Assembly: GCA_032718475.1 (NCBI GenBank)
Contig: JAUCBJ010000162.1
Coordinates: 1-64,000, forward strand
Length of the DNA stretch: 64,000 nt
Source: Nemertoderma westbladi
Lineage: Eukaryota; Animalia; Xenacoelomorpha
Direction: 5' to 3'
This document shows, one piece after another, positions 1-11,800 of the stretch. The translations under genes were made by a program, and so were the position numbers. Within the stretch, counting starts at the first letter, position 1. Every line of letters begins with the position of its first letter. A model generated the notes under the pieces. The model did not search any database and was not told the origin of the DNA. It saw nothing but the letters and a program-made list of their open reading frames with translations.

Positions 1-2912
1 TCTAGAAGACATCCTAATTTGGCGGGTTAAACTGCCAAAGGTCTGAAAGCGCGAACACCCTGAGCGGTGTTGGGGGCCGAGGAGTTAGTAAGTTGGAAGA
101 GACCCTGAGCGGTGTTGGGGGCAGGGAGTTAGTAAGTTGGTAGATAGCTTGAACAGTAGTTTGCCCTGAAAAGGGCGGTTTGTGTTGGTTAGGTCATGTC
201 GTACAGTAGTAAGTATAGACATTCAGCACGGGTAGTAACTGCTTGAAAAGAGCAAGGAAATTAGGAAGGTCGGTTGCGACTTAAATTCCCCGAAATTCTG
301 CCAGGTGTGGGGGGGGGGGGGGGGGGGTGGCCAGCAATAAGTTGCAATAAGAAACTCCACGCTTTGCGCAAACTCAATAGCGCTCACTTAAGTCTGTCAG
401 TCTCAATCAGATTACCGTAGTAATTTTTGTAATACCGTAGGCATGTTACCAATTGCGGTGTCATTACATATTAACTTAATTTAGCGAATTTTTAATTTCG
501 ATATTCACCATTTAAGGTACCTTTTAAAGGAAAGTAGCTGGTGATAATGACAGGCTGTTGGTGGTTTGCCAGTGTGTATTTCAGCGCCATTTATAGAACA
601 TAGTGTTTGACTGCTGCTTAGAATGGAGTGCATATGTAAAAAGGGCCCCATAAACCACAGCTGTTGTAAACCAGAGTTGAACTTCTGTCAATTAAACCAA
701 AGGTAGCCTAAACGCGGTAGGTTCAAAGTTAATTCAACATGGTGTTGCATGAAAATGTTAACTCCAAGTGCCAGAATGTCTGGTTTCAAGGGTAGTTTTT
801 GGTTATCCAAGTGTGTCCAGGTCTACATTGTGCCCAATGGGGGAGACATGGATAAAAGTTGGTACTGTATGCATCCGGGAAATGGATAATTAAAATGGTA
901 CTGTAGCTCATATTAAATGTAGACTTTTGCACACTTACTATATACAGTAAATGCACTACCGGGCCTAGCCGGACTGGAGACTTGTTGTCTGTAGGTGTCC
1001 CAGCCAGCACCTGATTCACATATCTCATTTAAAACTACCTATAATTATCGGTTGAAACAATTCAACTGTTATTTAAATCGAGCGATAATATCAAGCAAAA
1101 TAATTCAACAGACAACATGTTTTAAATCAACCAATAATATTAAGCAAAATAATGCAGTTTTGAAACATTATTTAAATCGATCAATAATATCAAGCGAAAC
1201 AATTAAGTTGAAAAACATTATTTAAAACGATCAATAATATCAATTTAAATATTCAGTATGGCAAAAATCATTTAAAAGAATCACTCGTATTAAGTTATTG
1301 ATTATTGATACTAAATGTATGCCATAGTCAAGGTCAACTGATGCTTCAGTTGTCCTTTGTTCTAGTACAGTATAATACAATACAGAAATAACATTATATC
1401 CGCACTGTCATCAAGCTGTTAAGATGGTGCACAATACTGTACTGATATACCAACCCCCCTAAAAATTCACCCCCCGGTTAAAATTCCCTAGTGTATCCCC
1501 CCCCCCCCCCCCCCCCCCGGGTAGAATTCACTAGGGTATTTTAAACGGGGGGTGAAAGCGTGAAACTACTCCCCGGTTGATTTTCTATTGAAATTTAACC
1601 CGCCCTCAGTGTATTCTTACCGTGATGATATTTTATTTTCAATAGTATTATTTTTAATTTTTTTTTTATTTTATTTTCCGCAGAATATTAATTTCTGAAT
1701 ACACATAATTCTGTAAACAGAACGAAAGTCGGTTGAGTACCGTAGTTCTCCTGTAATTAAAAAGTAGAAGAGAAAGTGTCCCAAAAAAACCCAACGCAAT
1801 AAAAAGTGACATTAAAATTTCCTCCGGATTACAACTGACCAAACGTGCACCAAAAGTGAACAATTTTTAATTATAGAATAGAAAATAGTTTTTTGAACAA
1901 TTTTTAAAAATATTATCTTGTTTCATGGTTTTGATACCTATAGGGAAATTGTCGGCGCAGATTATGGAAAGGGCAAAATATTTCGAAATTTTTGTGTGTT
2001 TGATGGTCTTTTTTGGTGTCAAATGTGGTGCTGAACCAAAATTATAAATTTTCACATTTTGGGTTAAAAATTACAAATGTTTCCATAACTCGAGAAAGAA
2101 ACAAGAAACACTGATTTCAGATTCGGAATCGCCATAAAATTTTACAACGGATTTCAAAAGAACTGTCGAAAAAAGTCTGGCCTAACCCATGGAATGCTAT
2201 AGAGTCTCTATAATGCATTCCATGGTTGAGGTTGACCCCCGCCCCCTTAATTGTAATACACTGTATAATAATACTGTAATAGTACATGTATCTGACAGTT
2301 TAAATTGTATAAATTTTAAAATACAATTTAATAAATACTGAAATAGGCCCTGCTGGTTGCTGCCTTCAGCCCAGGCCATGCTTCAGCTCATCAGGCTGTC
2401 AGACCTCACCACTGTGATTGTCTGACTGTACTGCTGTAAGACCTTCTGACGTGACACATATTCAGATATTACATGTAGGCCTATTACTGCAGTACTGTAG
2501 GACAGTAGGACGATACTGAATTGAATACGCCTACTGGCTGAGTCTATATACAGATATATACTGATATATGTGATAGTGATAGAGCATCCTAGAGGCCTAA
2601 ATAACATACGGCAGTACCGGTACCCGACTGGGCTGCTGTACTGGCTGACTGGTAGTGGTATAACAATGCCGGTAGATCGGGCATGTACTGATGTATATAT
2701 CAGTATATTAGCTGATTAGAATTACAGAATTATAGACCTATCTGCCTATTGTACGACCGGTACCAATTTATTTAATTTTAATATGATGCAGTGATCAGTG
2801 ATGCTCCGATCTGCCGAGCCGATGCCTTTGATACAATTTAACATAGGCCTATTGCATATTGAAACCATTCAGCCATTAGCTGAATACCGGTAGTGATTAG
2901 GACCGTAGGAGC

Positions 2913-3686
2913 ATGACTGATGATCCTATAAAAGCGTGTGTCCGCGATATAATCAAATACGATCTCAACATAAAAGCCCTCATCCAGGATGTTAGAAATA
3001 AGTGCGAAACTCAGGATGAACTCGAGACGTTAAATAAACAAATAATTCCAAAGATTAATTCCCTCAAAGAGAAAATCGAGGATTTGGAAGAACTAGCCCT
3101 GGAACAGGACAAGGACTCGGACAAACATAGTTTATTGCAGGATGTTGGGAATTACAGACAACAGTTTATTAACACACAGCAGCTGTTGCGGAAGGCCGTT
3201 GTCGCAAGTAAAACTGATATTGATAAGATTGAACGAGATCTACTGCTGAAGGGCGGATTCAGCGGAAGTAAACTCGAGTTGAGCCCGGCGTCGGATAAAC
3301 AACATCTTGCGAAAACCGCGGGTAACATTACCGACGATCTTGTGAGGATTAGTAGAATGATGGCTCAACAGGTTGAAATGCAACAGTCAGCCACAGAAAC
3401 ATTAGCCACATCCTCCAAAGTGTTACATTCAACCAAGGATGAGTTCTACACTATGTCAGGCGCGATATCGGCCGGTCGGAAGGCTCTTACTGGTTACAAT
3501 CGTCGCGAATGTATCGATAAGTTCGTTATAGTACTCGCGTTCACACTATTCCTTCTAACTGTCGCATACATCGCTTATAAACGACTCATTGGTTTCTCTC
3601 CGGATGAGCTTCCCTTAGTAACGGAACCTGACATGGCAACACAACCTAATTCTATAGGCTATAGTAGAGATACAATCACATTGTGA
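2913..3686 (+). CDS. BNIP1: Vesicle transport SNARE SEC20/BNIP1, intronless
   Basis: 257-aa ORF: N-terminal coiled coil (IIKYDLNIKALIQDVR), Sec20 SNARE region (ITDDLVRISRMMAQQVE...EFYTMSGAISAGRK..RRECIDK), single C-terminal TM helix (FVIVLAFTLFLLTVAYIAYKRL). Confidence 0.85.
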   Translation: MTDDPIKACVRDIIKYDLNIKALIQDVRNKCETQDELETLNKQIIPKINSLKEKIEDLEELALEQDKDSDKHSLLQDVGNYRQQFINTQQLLRKAVVASKTDIDKIERDLLLKGGFSGSKLELSPASDKQHLAKTAGNITDDLVRISRMMAQQVEMQQSATETLATSSKVLHSTKDEFYTMSGAISAGRKALTGYNRRECIDKFVIVLAFTLFLLTVAYIAYKRLIGFSPDELPLVTEPDMATQPNSIGYSRDTITL

Positions 3687-4172
3687 ATTTCTGGGTGTTA
3701 TAATAATATATTATACATACATTTATATACTACGTGTAATGTGTATGTATGTATATACGAATATACCTCAAAATTATTTACTTCTCGACAACCCGTTTTC
3801 ATAGAAGAGTTCATTCTGTTAAAAATATTATTATATGGTGACACCGGGGGTCTATATATTCCAATATATTCTCAATAAAAAGTCAGTTATAATGAATATG
3901 AATAAGTTTAATTTAGTAGTAAAAACGTATACAGTATGTAATAGAAAACATTCACAATTAGAGTAATTAAGTAAGCCTAATTACTTATCGACCTTCCGGT
4001 CATGTGCGGAGATTATAAATGTCTAATTCACAACCTGGTATATCAGTATATAAGAAATAGTGAAGCGGTAATATTCAAATTCATCAATGTTGTCCTCAAG
4101 CTGAAACTTATTAAAACACTTTGGTAAGGAAAAACTTTTTAAAATTTTCTTCCGGTCCGCCAACGCCCGTTC

Positions 4173-5182
4173 GCGTATTTCCAATCCTTACACCAGTAGG
4201 AACACATCTTGAATTGGTGCTTGGGATTCGTTAATGAAATATTATTTGTTTGGGTGTTGAAATCAGTTAAGGAATGTGGAGAGGGGTCGAACTAGTGTAA
4301 GGATTTTATACTCAGTTGGCAGATAGAAAGTGTTCAAAACGCTGTAAAGAATGGAGAGAGGGGTCGAACTAGTGTAAGGGGATTTCACTTAGATGGCAGG
4401 TAAAAAGTGTTCCAAACGCTGTAAGGAATGGAGAAAGTGGGTGAGAAGTCATGTAAGTACGTTTCATTACATTAAAAATATATACGAATAACAGTATATA
4501 CATATATTTATAGTGGAAATGAAATTGTAACAGACCAATTTCTCCTTGATTTTTCCGATCGAATAGATTGTAATAATAAAGTAGTTTTATTGATATTATT
4601 TAATATTGTAATTTATTCATTTGGAATTCATATTTAAAATAATTTCACAATATGTAAACATAAACATAAAAGCTCCAATGAAATAATTTTACTAATGTCC
4701 TTTAGCATTTGTTCGATTTGCATTTATGTTTAGCGACATGTTTCTGTAGCGTTTTTTAGCGCGTTGAGTCGTATCAGTACCATGTGGTCGGCCAGCAACA
4801 CAGCACGGATCCGTTTACTTCCTAATGTAAGAGCTACTCGTCAATCCGCTAGTGCAGTTGGCTGCACACGAGTAGCAGATCGACTATTCCTAAGCAAACC
4901 TACAGTCTCACACTTGAACCCTGTGTACAAAGGAATGTATCCCTAGACCCTATAGTAGTCAATGTTCCAATAGTTTTAGCGTACTCACTCATTCAACCTT
5001 GTATAAACCATAACGCAATGTTCTACTCCCTAGAATGATGTCACCTGCTAGTCGACTTATCTAATACTACTGTTGGTTATGATGAATATTATGGTGAACA
5101 TCCAATCAAATAATAGTTCATTAACCAATCCCAGGTGTTAATTCAATATGTGTTCCTACTAGTGTAAGGATTGGGAATACGC
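4173..5182. mobile_element. Non-autonomous TIR element (Mutator/MULE-like MITE) with 9-bp TSD
   Basis: About 85-bp imperfect TIRs (GCGTATT[T/C]CCAATCCTTACAC[C/T]AGTAGGAACACAT...), perfect direct repeat CGCCCGTTC at 4164-4172 and 5183-5191; internal subrepeats 4270-4460; no ORF. Confidence 0.8.
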
Positions 5183-5493
5183 CGCCCGTTCCTAATCAAA
5201 GTTACGTTGGCATGGTAACTAGAAACTGAATAATTTGTGCATATAGTTCCTTTATACTTGATATAAATGTGGTAGACTGATTTCATGAGGCTAAAATTGC
5301 ATATGCTTTACAAAACCCGTTACTATGGTTTGGTGATTTTCTCAGAAAAATGGAAGTTGATTCAAAACAAATAGTAAATAAAATAATTTTAATTTAATAA
5401 CCATAGACGAACAGATATAGTGGAGGTGGCCTGTCAGTCAATGACTATCCGTCACATGCTTCTCACTGAGACTGGACCGCTGTTATTGGAAAT

Positions 5494-6012
5494 GGAAAGT
5501 GTATAACTGACCTAGTAATCTGGGTGGAAAGTGTATGACTGACCCAGTAATCTGGGTTGGAAAGTGTATGGCTGATGGAGTAATCTGGACTGGAAAGTGT
5601 ATGATGGCTGACCTAGTAATCTGATTCTGGGTTGGAAAGTGTATGGCTGAGGGAGTAATCTGGGTTGGAAAGTGTATGGCTGACCTTGTAATCTGGGCTG
5701 GAAAGTGTATGGCTAACCTAGTAATCTGATTCTGGGTTGGAAAGTGTATGGCTGAGGGAGTTATCTGGGCTGGAAAGTGTATGGCTGACCTAGTAATCTG
5801 ATTCTGGGTTTGAAAGTGTATGGCTGAGGGAGTAATCTGGGTTGGAAAGTGTATGGCTGACCTAGTAATCCGTGTATGAAGTGTATGGCTGTCCTAGTAA
5901 TCTGGGTTGGAAAATGTATGGCTGACCTTGTAATCTGGGTTGTATAGGAAAGTGTATGGCTGAGGGAGTAATCTGGGTTGGAAAGTGTATGGCTGAGGGA
6001 GTAATCTGGGTT
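5494..6012. repeat. Minisatellite, 33-bp unit (39-bp variants), about 15 copies
   Basis: Unit GGAAAGTGTATGGCTGA(CCTA/GGGA)GTAATCTGGGTT in tandem. Confidence 0.9.
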
Positions 6013-7294
6013 ATAAAGTTGAGGGATCTGGAGTCCTAGTAAGCTGGAGCGACTTGTTTCTGAGTCTACCGGTATTGAACAATGCGATCGATCATGTCAT
6101 CTACTGTAGAGGGTGTGTCTGTGTAATATTAATTAATATAATATATCAATATGCATTAACGTAACAGTTGTATAATTGTTCATTGACAAATGTTACATCG
6201 AAACAAACAAAAGGTTACAACGTTCAACAAATAACAGCGATTTTATTTTAAACACTACGATGATAACAATAAATAAATATCATTAGGAATTCAGAGGTGC
6301 CCACATAATAGGTTGTGGTGTTGGAGAGCCTTGCATTGTTTTTCCTCAATATGTAATCTACAGAGTTTAATGCTGTTACCAGTGCAGTACTTTTATACTC
6401 CCTGTAAAAAATAAATAATACTAACTTAGGATTAAAAAAACTGAACCTTTGAGTTTCTCTCTAAAAAATTTCGTTTACGTAATAAATTCAAACGGGGGAG
6501 AAAAGATTCATTCATCTATTCTTTACTTAGTTTGTAGTTTACGAGAACTGAGTTTATCTCTGACAATTAATTTTGGAGTGACCGATACGGGAAAGTGATA
6601 ACACAAACACAGTATCAAACTATCTCTAAACTTACTCATGCGGCATCCAAGAATTCCACAATCAACAATATCGTTAATTTTACATTCCTATATTCTGTAG
6701 CGTAGGCTACAATATTAGAAGTCATCCTCTATATAGGTACCGGGTGTGATGGTAAAGGCACTAACAACTATGGACGTCTCACACGTCGTATAAAGCATTC
6801 TCACCCGCCGTATAAAGTTATATACATCACCACGTTCTACATAACGTCTATTGTTGAATTACAAAACTTAGTTATAGTTAATCCAATTTTCGAACAATGT
6901 TGTTAATATTATTGCTTTTTATATACCGGGGTACTACGTCAGGGAGAAACAATGTACATTTAAAATGTTGGTGCGCTTGACGCATAATTAAAGTATTAAT
7001 TCACATCACACCCGCTTACTGTTAATTTTTAATACCGGTACCTTTCAAATATCTTAATTAGAATATCGTTGCTGAGTAGATAGAAAATGGTTCTCCATAA
7101 AATTAGAATTAATAGGTTATAAACCGTGTTAGTTAACCGCCGTGGTAACGTATTCCAGTACACAGTAGTGGATCAGCAGGTGTGGTGGATCTGAGAGTTT
7201 AGTTACCCCTCCCTAGTTAATACAGGTTTATCTAAATTAACGATAATTAGGAATGTGCGAAGTGGAACACAGAGGGATGATAAATCTCGAGCCC

Positions 7295-8305
7295 TCATGA
7301 GTTGGGAATAACTTCCTCCAGACCGGGAGGATTATCGTCTTGGTGGTGGTAGGAACGCATGTGCGTGGAGAGTCTATACTGCGAGGCGAGCACCTTCCCG
7401 CAGAGGTGGCAGGAGAACCTATGGTTCTCGTGGATCGCTTGCATGTGTCGCTTGAGGAGCCAGTTGCGAGTGAAGGACCACTCGCAGAGATGGCAGGAAA
7501 ACTTGCGACCCTTTGAGTTGCGAGCTGTACGTGGGACGCGGTTAGCCGCTCTGCGGTAGACACCCGAGGACTGCAGGAGTTGGGGGCCTCCGCTGTCCGA
7601 GTAGATTATTGAGTTCAACGATTCGCTCGTCTCAGTGGCAACTCTCGCGGCCACCGTTTCCAGAGTTTCTCCGTCTAATTCCGATATTCCGTATGTCTCA
7701 GTGTTGAATCCCCCGATGTCCTCAGAACATAAGTAGTGGTCCGCTGTCGGGGATTCTTCCTTAATAGCGACGTTCCCCGATTCCAGAAATTCCCCGTTAA
7801 GTTCAGGAAAATCCATTTGCTCCATCGAGGCATCATTGGTGGAATAAAGTTTAGTAGATTGGTGTGTATTTATGTCGGGTTGACGGTACGGGATGCGAGA
7901 TCGACGGTGCCTTTTGGTTCGCCTGGAATGAATTGAGTTTAACTGAACGTCGCCGTCTATTCCATCAACATCTCCGACACCGACATCATCGCCAATACTC
8001 GACATGCCAACTAAACTTTCCGATATACTTACCGCCCCCAGGTCTTCCCCGGCGCCAACTTCGGATGACTCTTGTGCCGATATTATCGGTTGCTGTGCCA
8101 GTCGAAGCTGCAACCATGATGTAATCTCAGAGGCGGAGCAATTGTTAGTGACATAGTCACTGAGAAATTTGGGGTCATTGCTCAGGTAATCCTGAATAAA
8201 TTTGTTCATGAATAACCCATTGTCTAGACACAAGTTAATGAAAGTTGATCGAGTTATCAGGAACGAGGTTTCAATATCAACCGGTAATATCTTTTCTTGG
8301 ACCAT
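7295..8305 (-). CDS. C2H2 zinc-finger protein (two C-terminal fingers), intronless
   Basis: 336 aa; FSCHLCEWSFTRNWLLKRHMQAIH and FSCHLCGKVLASQYRLSTHMRSYH fingers; acidic low-complexity middle. Confidence 0.8.
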   Translation of the reverse strand: MVQEKILPVDIETSFLITRSTFINLCLDNGLFMNKFIQDYLSNDPKFLSDYVTNNCSASEITSWLQLRLAQQPIISAQESSEVGAGEDLGAVSISESLVGMSSIGDDVGVGDVDGIDGDVQLNSIHSRRTKRHRRSRIPYRQPDINTHQSTKLYSTNDASMEQMDFPELNGEFLESGNVAIKEESPTADHYLCSEDIGGFNTETYGISELDGETLETVAARVATETSESLNSIIYSDSGGPQLLQSSGVYRRAANRVPRTARNSKGRKFSCHLCEWSFTRNWLLKRHMQAIHENHRFSCHLCGKVLASQYRLSTHMRSYHHQDDNPPGLEEVIPNS

Positions 8306-8861
8306 AATTTATAATAATTTTGCGAAGCCCTCCAGGCTTCTGGACTTCGCAATCAACCAAACAGTTTAAAACTACAGAACTACGGACCTGTACGGCTGTG
8401 CTGTAGCTGTGCTGTAGCTGTACGGTATATTGCTGTATTGGTAGGCAGGCAGGTAGATTTATTAGGCCCTACTGTATTTTTTAGGCCTATTATCTGATCT
8501 GATTATATTACCTACCAGTACCGTTTTTTAATACTAGCAGATTAGGGCATAGGCTGATACATGTGATAGGGTATCTGTACCTGGTGCTGGTACTGGCACC
8601 ATACCATACCATTACCTGCTTATAAGTCGATCAATCATTGATGAAATTAAACCAGAACTTGGTACGTATGCAGTCTCGTCCTGCTCGAAGGCTCCATGAG
8701 CGTGTAATTGTTTAGGCCTAAACAGTTATTATTAGGCCCGCGAAGCGAGACACTAGTATTCACTCCGTTGTTGGTGTTGTTGTTGTTGTTAATTTATCGT
8801 TAGGTTTTGGTATTAAGGATTGATACAGCCCCAGTGGCTCAGTAGGCAGAGCGTGGGACTT

Positions 8862-11800
8862 GACTACTACTAGGATCGGCATGCTGCATTGCAGCTGCAT
8901 TTTTAAGAATGCTGTGCCGGCTTGTCAACAAAATTGCACCGCCACAACTCCCTATCACCCATGACATTTGCTAGATCATCCGCATCTTCAAGGCCAGTGT
9001 CCTTTAAGATGCGTCTCAAGAAAGTCATGGGCTGTCCACCATGCTTATTCACTCCATGAGGCTGCCAAAGTACTGGTAAGATTATGCACTGGCTGGTCCT
9101 CACGGCGAAAGCAATGTCCTGCAAAGCGGAGGCGATTTTGTTCTAGTGCCAAGCTTGGGGGAACCAATGAGACACCTCCAATGTTATATAGTGTCTGGTT
9201 GGAGATGTGTGCATTGTACTTGACACAATGAACCCGGCGTAGCATTCTTGTGAATGTGCCATCAAGAGATTTGGTGTCCTCAGCAGTTAGAGCCCAGCAT
9301 GGACTCCCGTAGAGGAGTACTGGAACTACTGCTGCTCTAAATAATCGGACCTTAAGTTTCCGATTAATTCTCGGTGACTTCCAAATCCTGGAAAGCCTAT
9401 TCAAGGCTGCCCATGCCTTTCCCTTACGTATTCGAAGGTCATCACCTGACTTCCGGATCCATGATCCCAGGTAACAGAAGTCGTCCACATGCTCAAGCAT
9501 ACCATCCTTTGAGCTTATGCTCATCCGATCAGAGACTTGCTGAGGACTTTCAAAGTTAACTGTCAAAATTTTGGTCTTTCTGGAGTTAATAAAAAGACCA
9601 ACACTAGAAGCAGCATGTTCTAATGAGCTGAGGAGCCGTTGGGCTCCCTCTAATGATTCTGAGAGTACTCCTAAGTCATCAGCAAAGTCTAGATCAGTTA
9701 GGTACTTGGCAGGATTTCCTCGACTTCTGGAGCTAGTAGGTGGAGTTATCATCACCCCATCATCATTATCATGATCTAAGGACATGCGTAGAACATAGTC
9801 AACCACAATAATGAACAAGAATGGTGCAAGTGTGTCTCCTTGGAGGACGCCCCATAACACTTCAAATGGTTCTGTGTCACCGTCAACAGTAGGCACAAAT
9901 GTTGTCGAACCATCGTATACTGATCTGATTGCTGCAATAATTTCATCAGGAATCCCATATAATGAAAGTATGCTGAACATACGTGAGCGAGAGACTGAAT
10001 CAAAGGCCTTGAAGAAGTCAACAAAGATTACAGCCAGATGCCTGTCTTTCTTTTTTGATAATTCTTCAATTATCCTTCTAAGTGCCAAAATGGGCTCCAT
10101 GGTCCCACGACCTTTATGGAACCCATTCTGATTTCCACGGAGCAGTCTCTCAATGGGATCCCTGATGCGATTTAATAGAATCCTATTGAATAGCTTTGCA
10201 GCAATCGAGATCAATGAGATTCCCCGAAAAGAACCATAGAGTGTTAGGTTGCCCTTCTTGGGAACTGGCACCAACTTATTTGTTTTCATTTCTTGTGGGA
10301 CGACTCTTGTTGTTCGGTACATGCCTACTATGATGGGATAGATGAGCTTTAAACACTCAGGTATTTTAAAGACCTCAGGGGGAACACCATCTACTCCACT
10401 GGCACGATTGGTCTTAATGCTCTTTGCAGCAGCCTTCACTTCTGCAAAGGAGATATCGCCAATGGGAATATCTGGGAGTACAGACTCAGACACTTTTACT
10501 TCTATAAAGTTATCAGGCAATACCCTGTCATTATTGAGGAGCTTTTCAAAGTGGGCTTTCCAACCATTGAGGCGATCGGCTGGTGATTCAGCCTTAACCT
10601 TGGTGGTTGGTTGGCTTTTCCGCCCAGTAAGCAGATTGATCGATTTCCATGCCTGGGATGATTGCCTGCTGTCGTCAGCATCATTGATGGCATCAACCTG
10701 TTGGTTTATTAGCTCCTGTAGATTATCAGAGTACTGCCTGTTCAGGGACCTAGATGCAGCTTTAACTGCATTCTTGGCCGCTGTAGTCTGTTTGAGTCGG
10801 GACTCTTTCTGCGCCTTATGAAGGTCATTTCGGCACTTCTGAATTTTGTTGTCAGTCCAGGGGGCCCTTTTCCTGTTTCGAGGGTATACAGGAACTGTTT
10901 CTGCAGCTGCTAACTTAACTGCTTCTGTAAAGGCAGTATAGCCCTCACAGTGATCTGCCGCCTCAGAGGCAAGAGCCTCATACCTGTTGCTCAGCTGTAG
11001 TGTGAAGCTGGATCTCACACTTGGCTGTTGCAACAGAGAGGACCAGTCATGCCGTGGCAAGGCAGATTTCGTTGTTCTGCTAGCACGCAGACTAAGTCTT
11101 ACCTTGGCCACAATAAGGCGGTGATCACTGGAGAAGGGTCGAAGTGTAAATGCATTACAGTCTTGTATAGAGCTCCTGTATTTCCTACGAAACAGAATAT
11201 GGTCTATCTGGGACTTGTGACCACTGGGTCCACTATGAGTCCATAGCTTTCCAGTTCGCTTCTTGAACTGGGTTCCAGCCGAAAACAATCCATTTCCAGA
11301 GATAAAATCCTGAAGATGGACAGAATTTCGGTTAACACTATTGCTATAGACCCAGGGCGATGTAGGTGATTGATGCAGACTTGCATTAAAGTCTCCCAGG
11401 AATGTTAAGAATGCATGCTGATCCACTCCATCAGTTGCTGCTTGTAGATTGTGGTAGAAATTTTCCACCTCCTCTACAGGGGCAACACTAGTTGGAGAGT
11501 AGCACACAATCAGAACCACCTTAGGAAACTTCTTAGCCAGTCTTCCAGAACATGAGAAGTGGCAACGGATGATGCGGTTAGAGATTTGGTCTATTTTGTC
11601 CAATGCTGCATGTGCAGTTGGATTCATCAATAGACCAATTCCACCATTGCCACTATCATCTGCTGACGCGAGGGCGAGTCGCCAACCGCCCCCCATGTCC
11701 TTAATCAGAACCTCATCAGTCTGTCCAGTCTGCATTCGGTGCTCTTGAACACCCACTGCGCTAAGAGAAAGCTTATCTGCCAAGGCAGTCAGCTCACCTT

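Noticed and set aside
309-327. Poly-G/C tracts (also about 1497, 17379, 43406, 53337) as G-quadruplex elements
   Set aside because: Simple homopolymers, common and length-unreliable in assemblies; no supporting context.
786-1028. 80-aa minus ORF and possible small exons
   Set aside because: No recognisable motif and trial splicing gave early stops.
5494-6012. Shared 10-mer AGATTACTAG between this repeat (minus strand) and the 50-bp array
   Set aside because: Too short; the rest of the units do not align, so common origin is unsupported.
8828-8861. tRNA-like 5' half (GCCCCAGTGGCTCAGTAGGCAGAGCG) next to the RTE tail, suggesting tRNA-targeted insertion
   Set aside because: Only the A-box half is present, no 3' half at the other RTE end, and the second RTE copy has no such neighbour; probably a SINE fragment.
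9374-11386. Short ORFs overlapping the RTE ORF
   Set aside because: Antisense or alternative-frame shadows.
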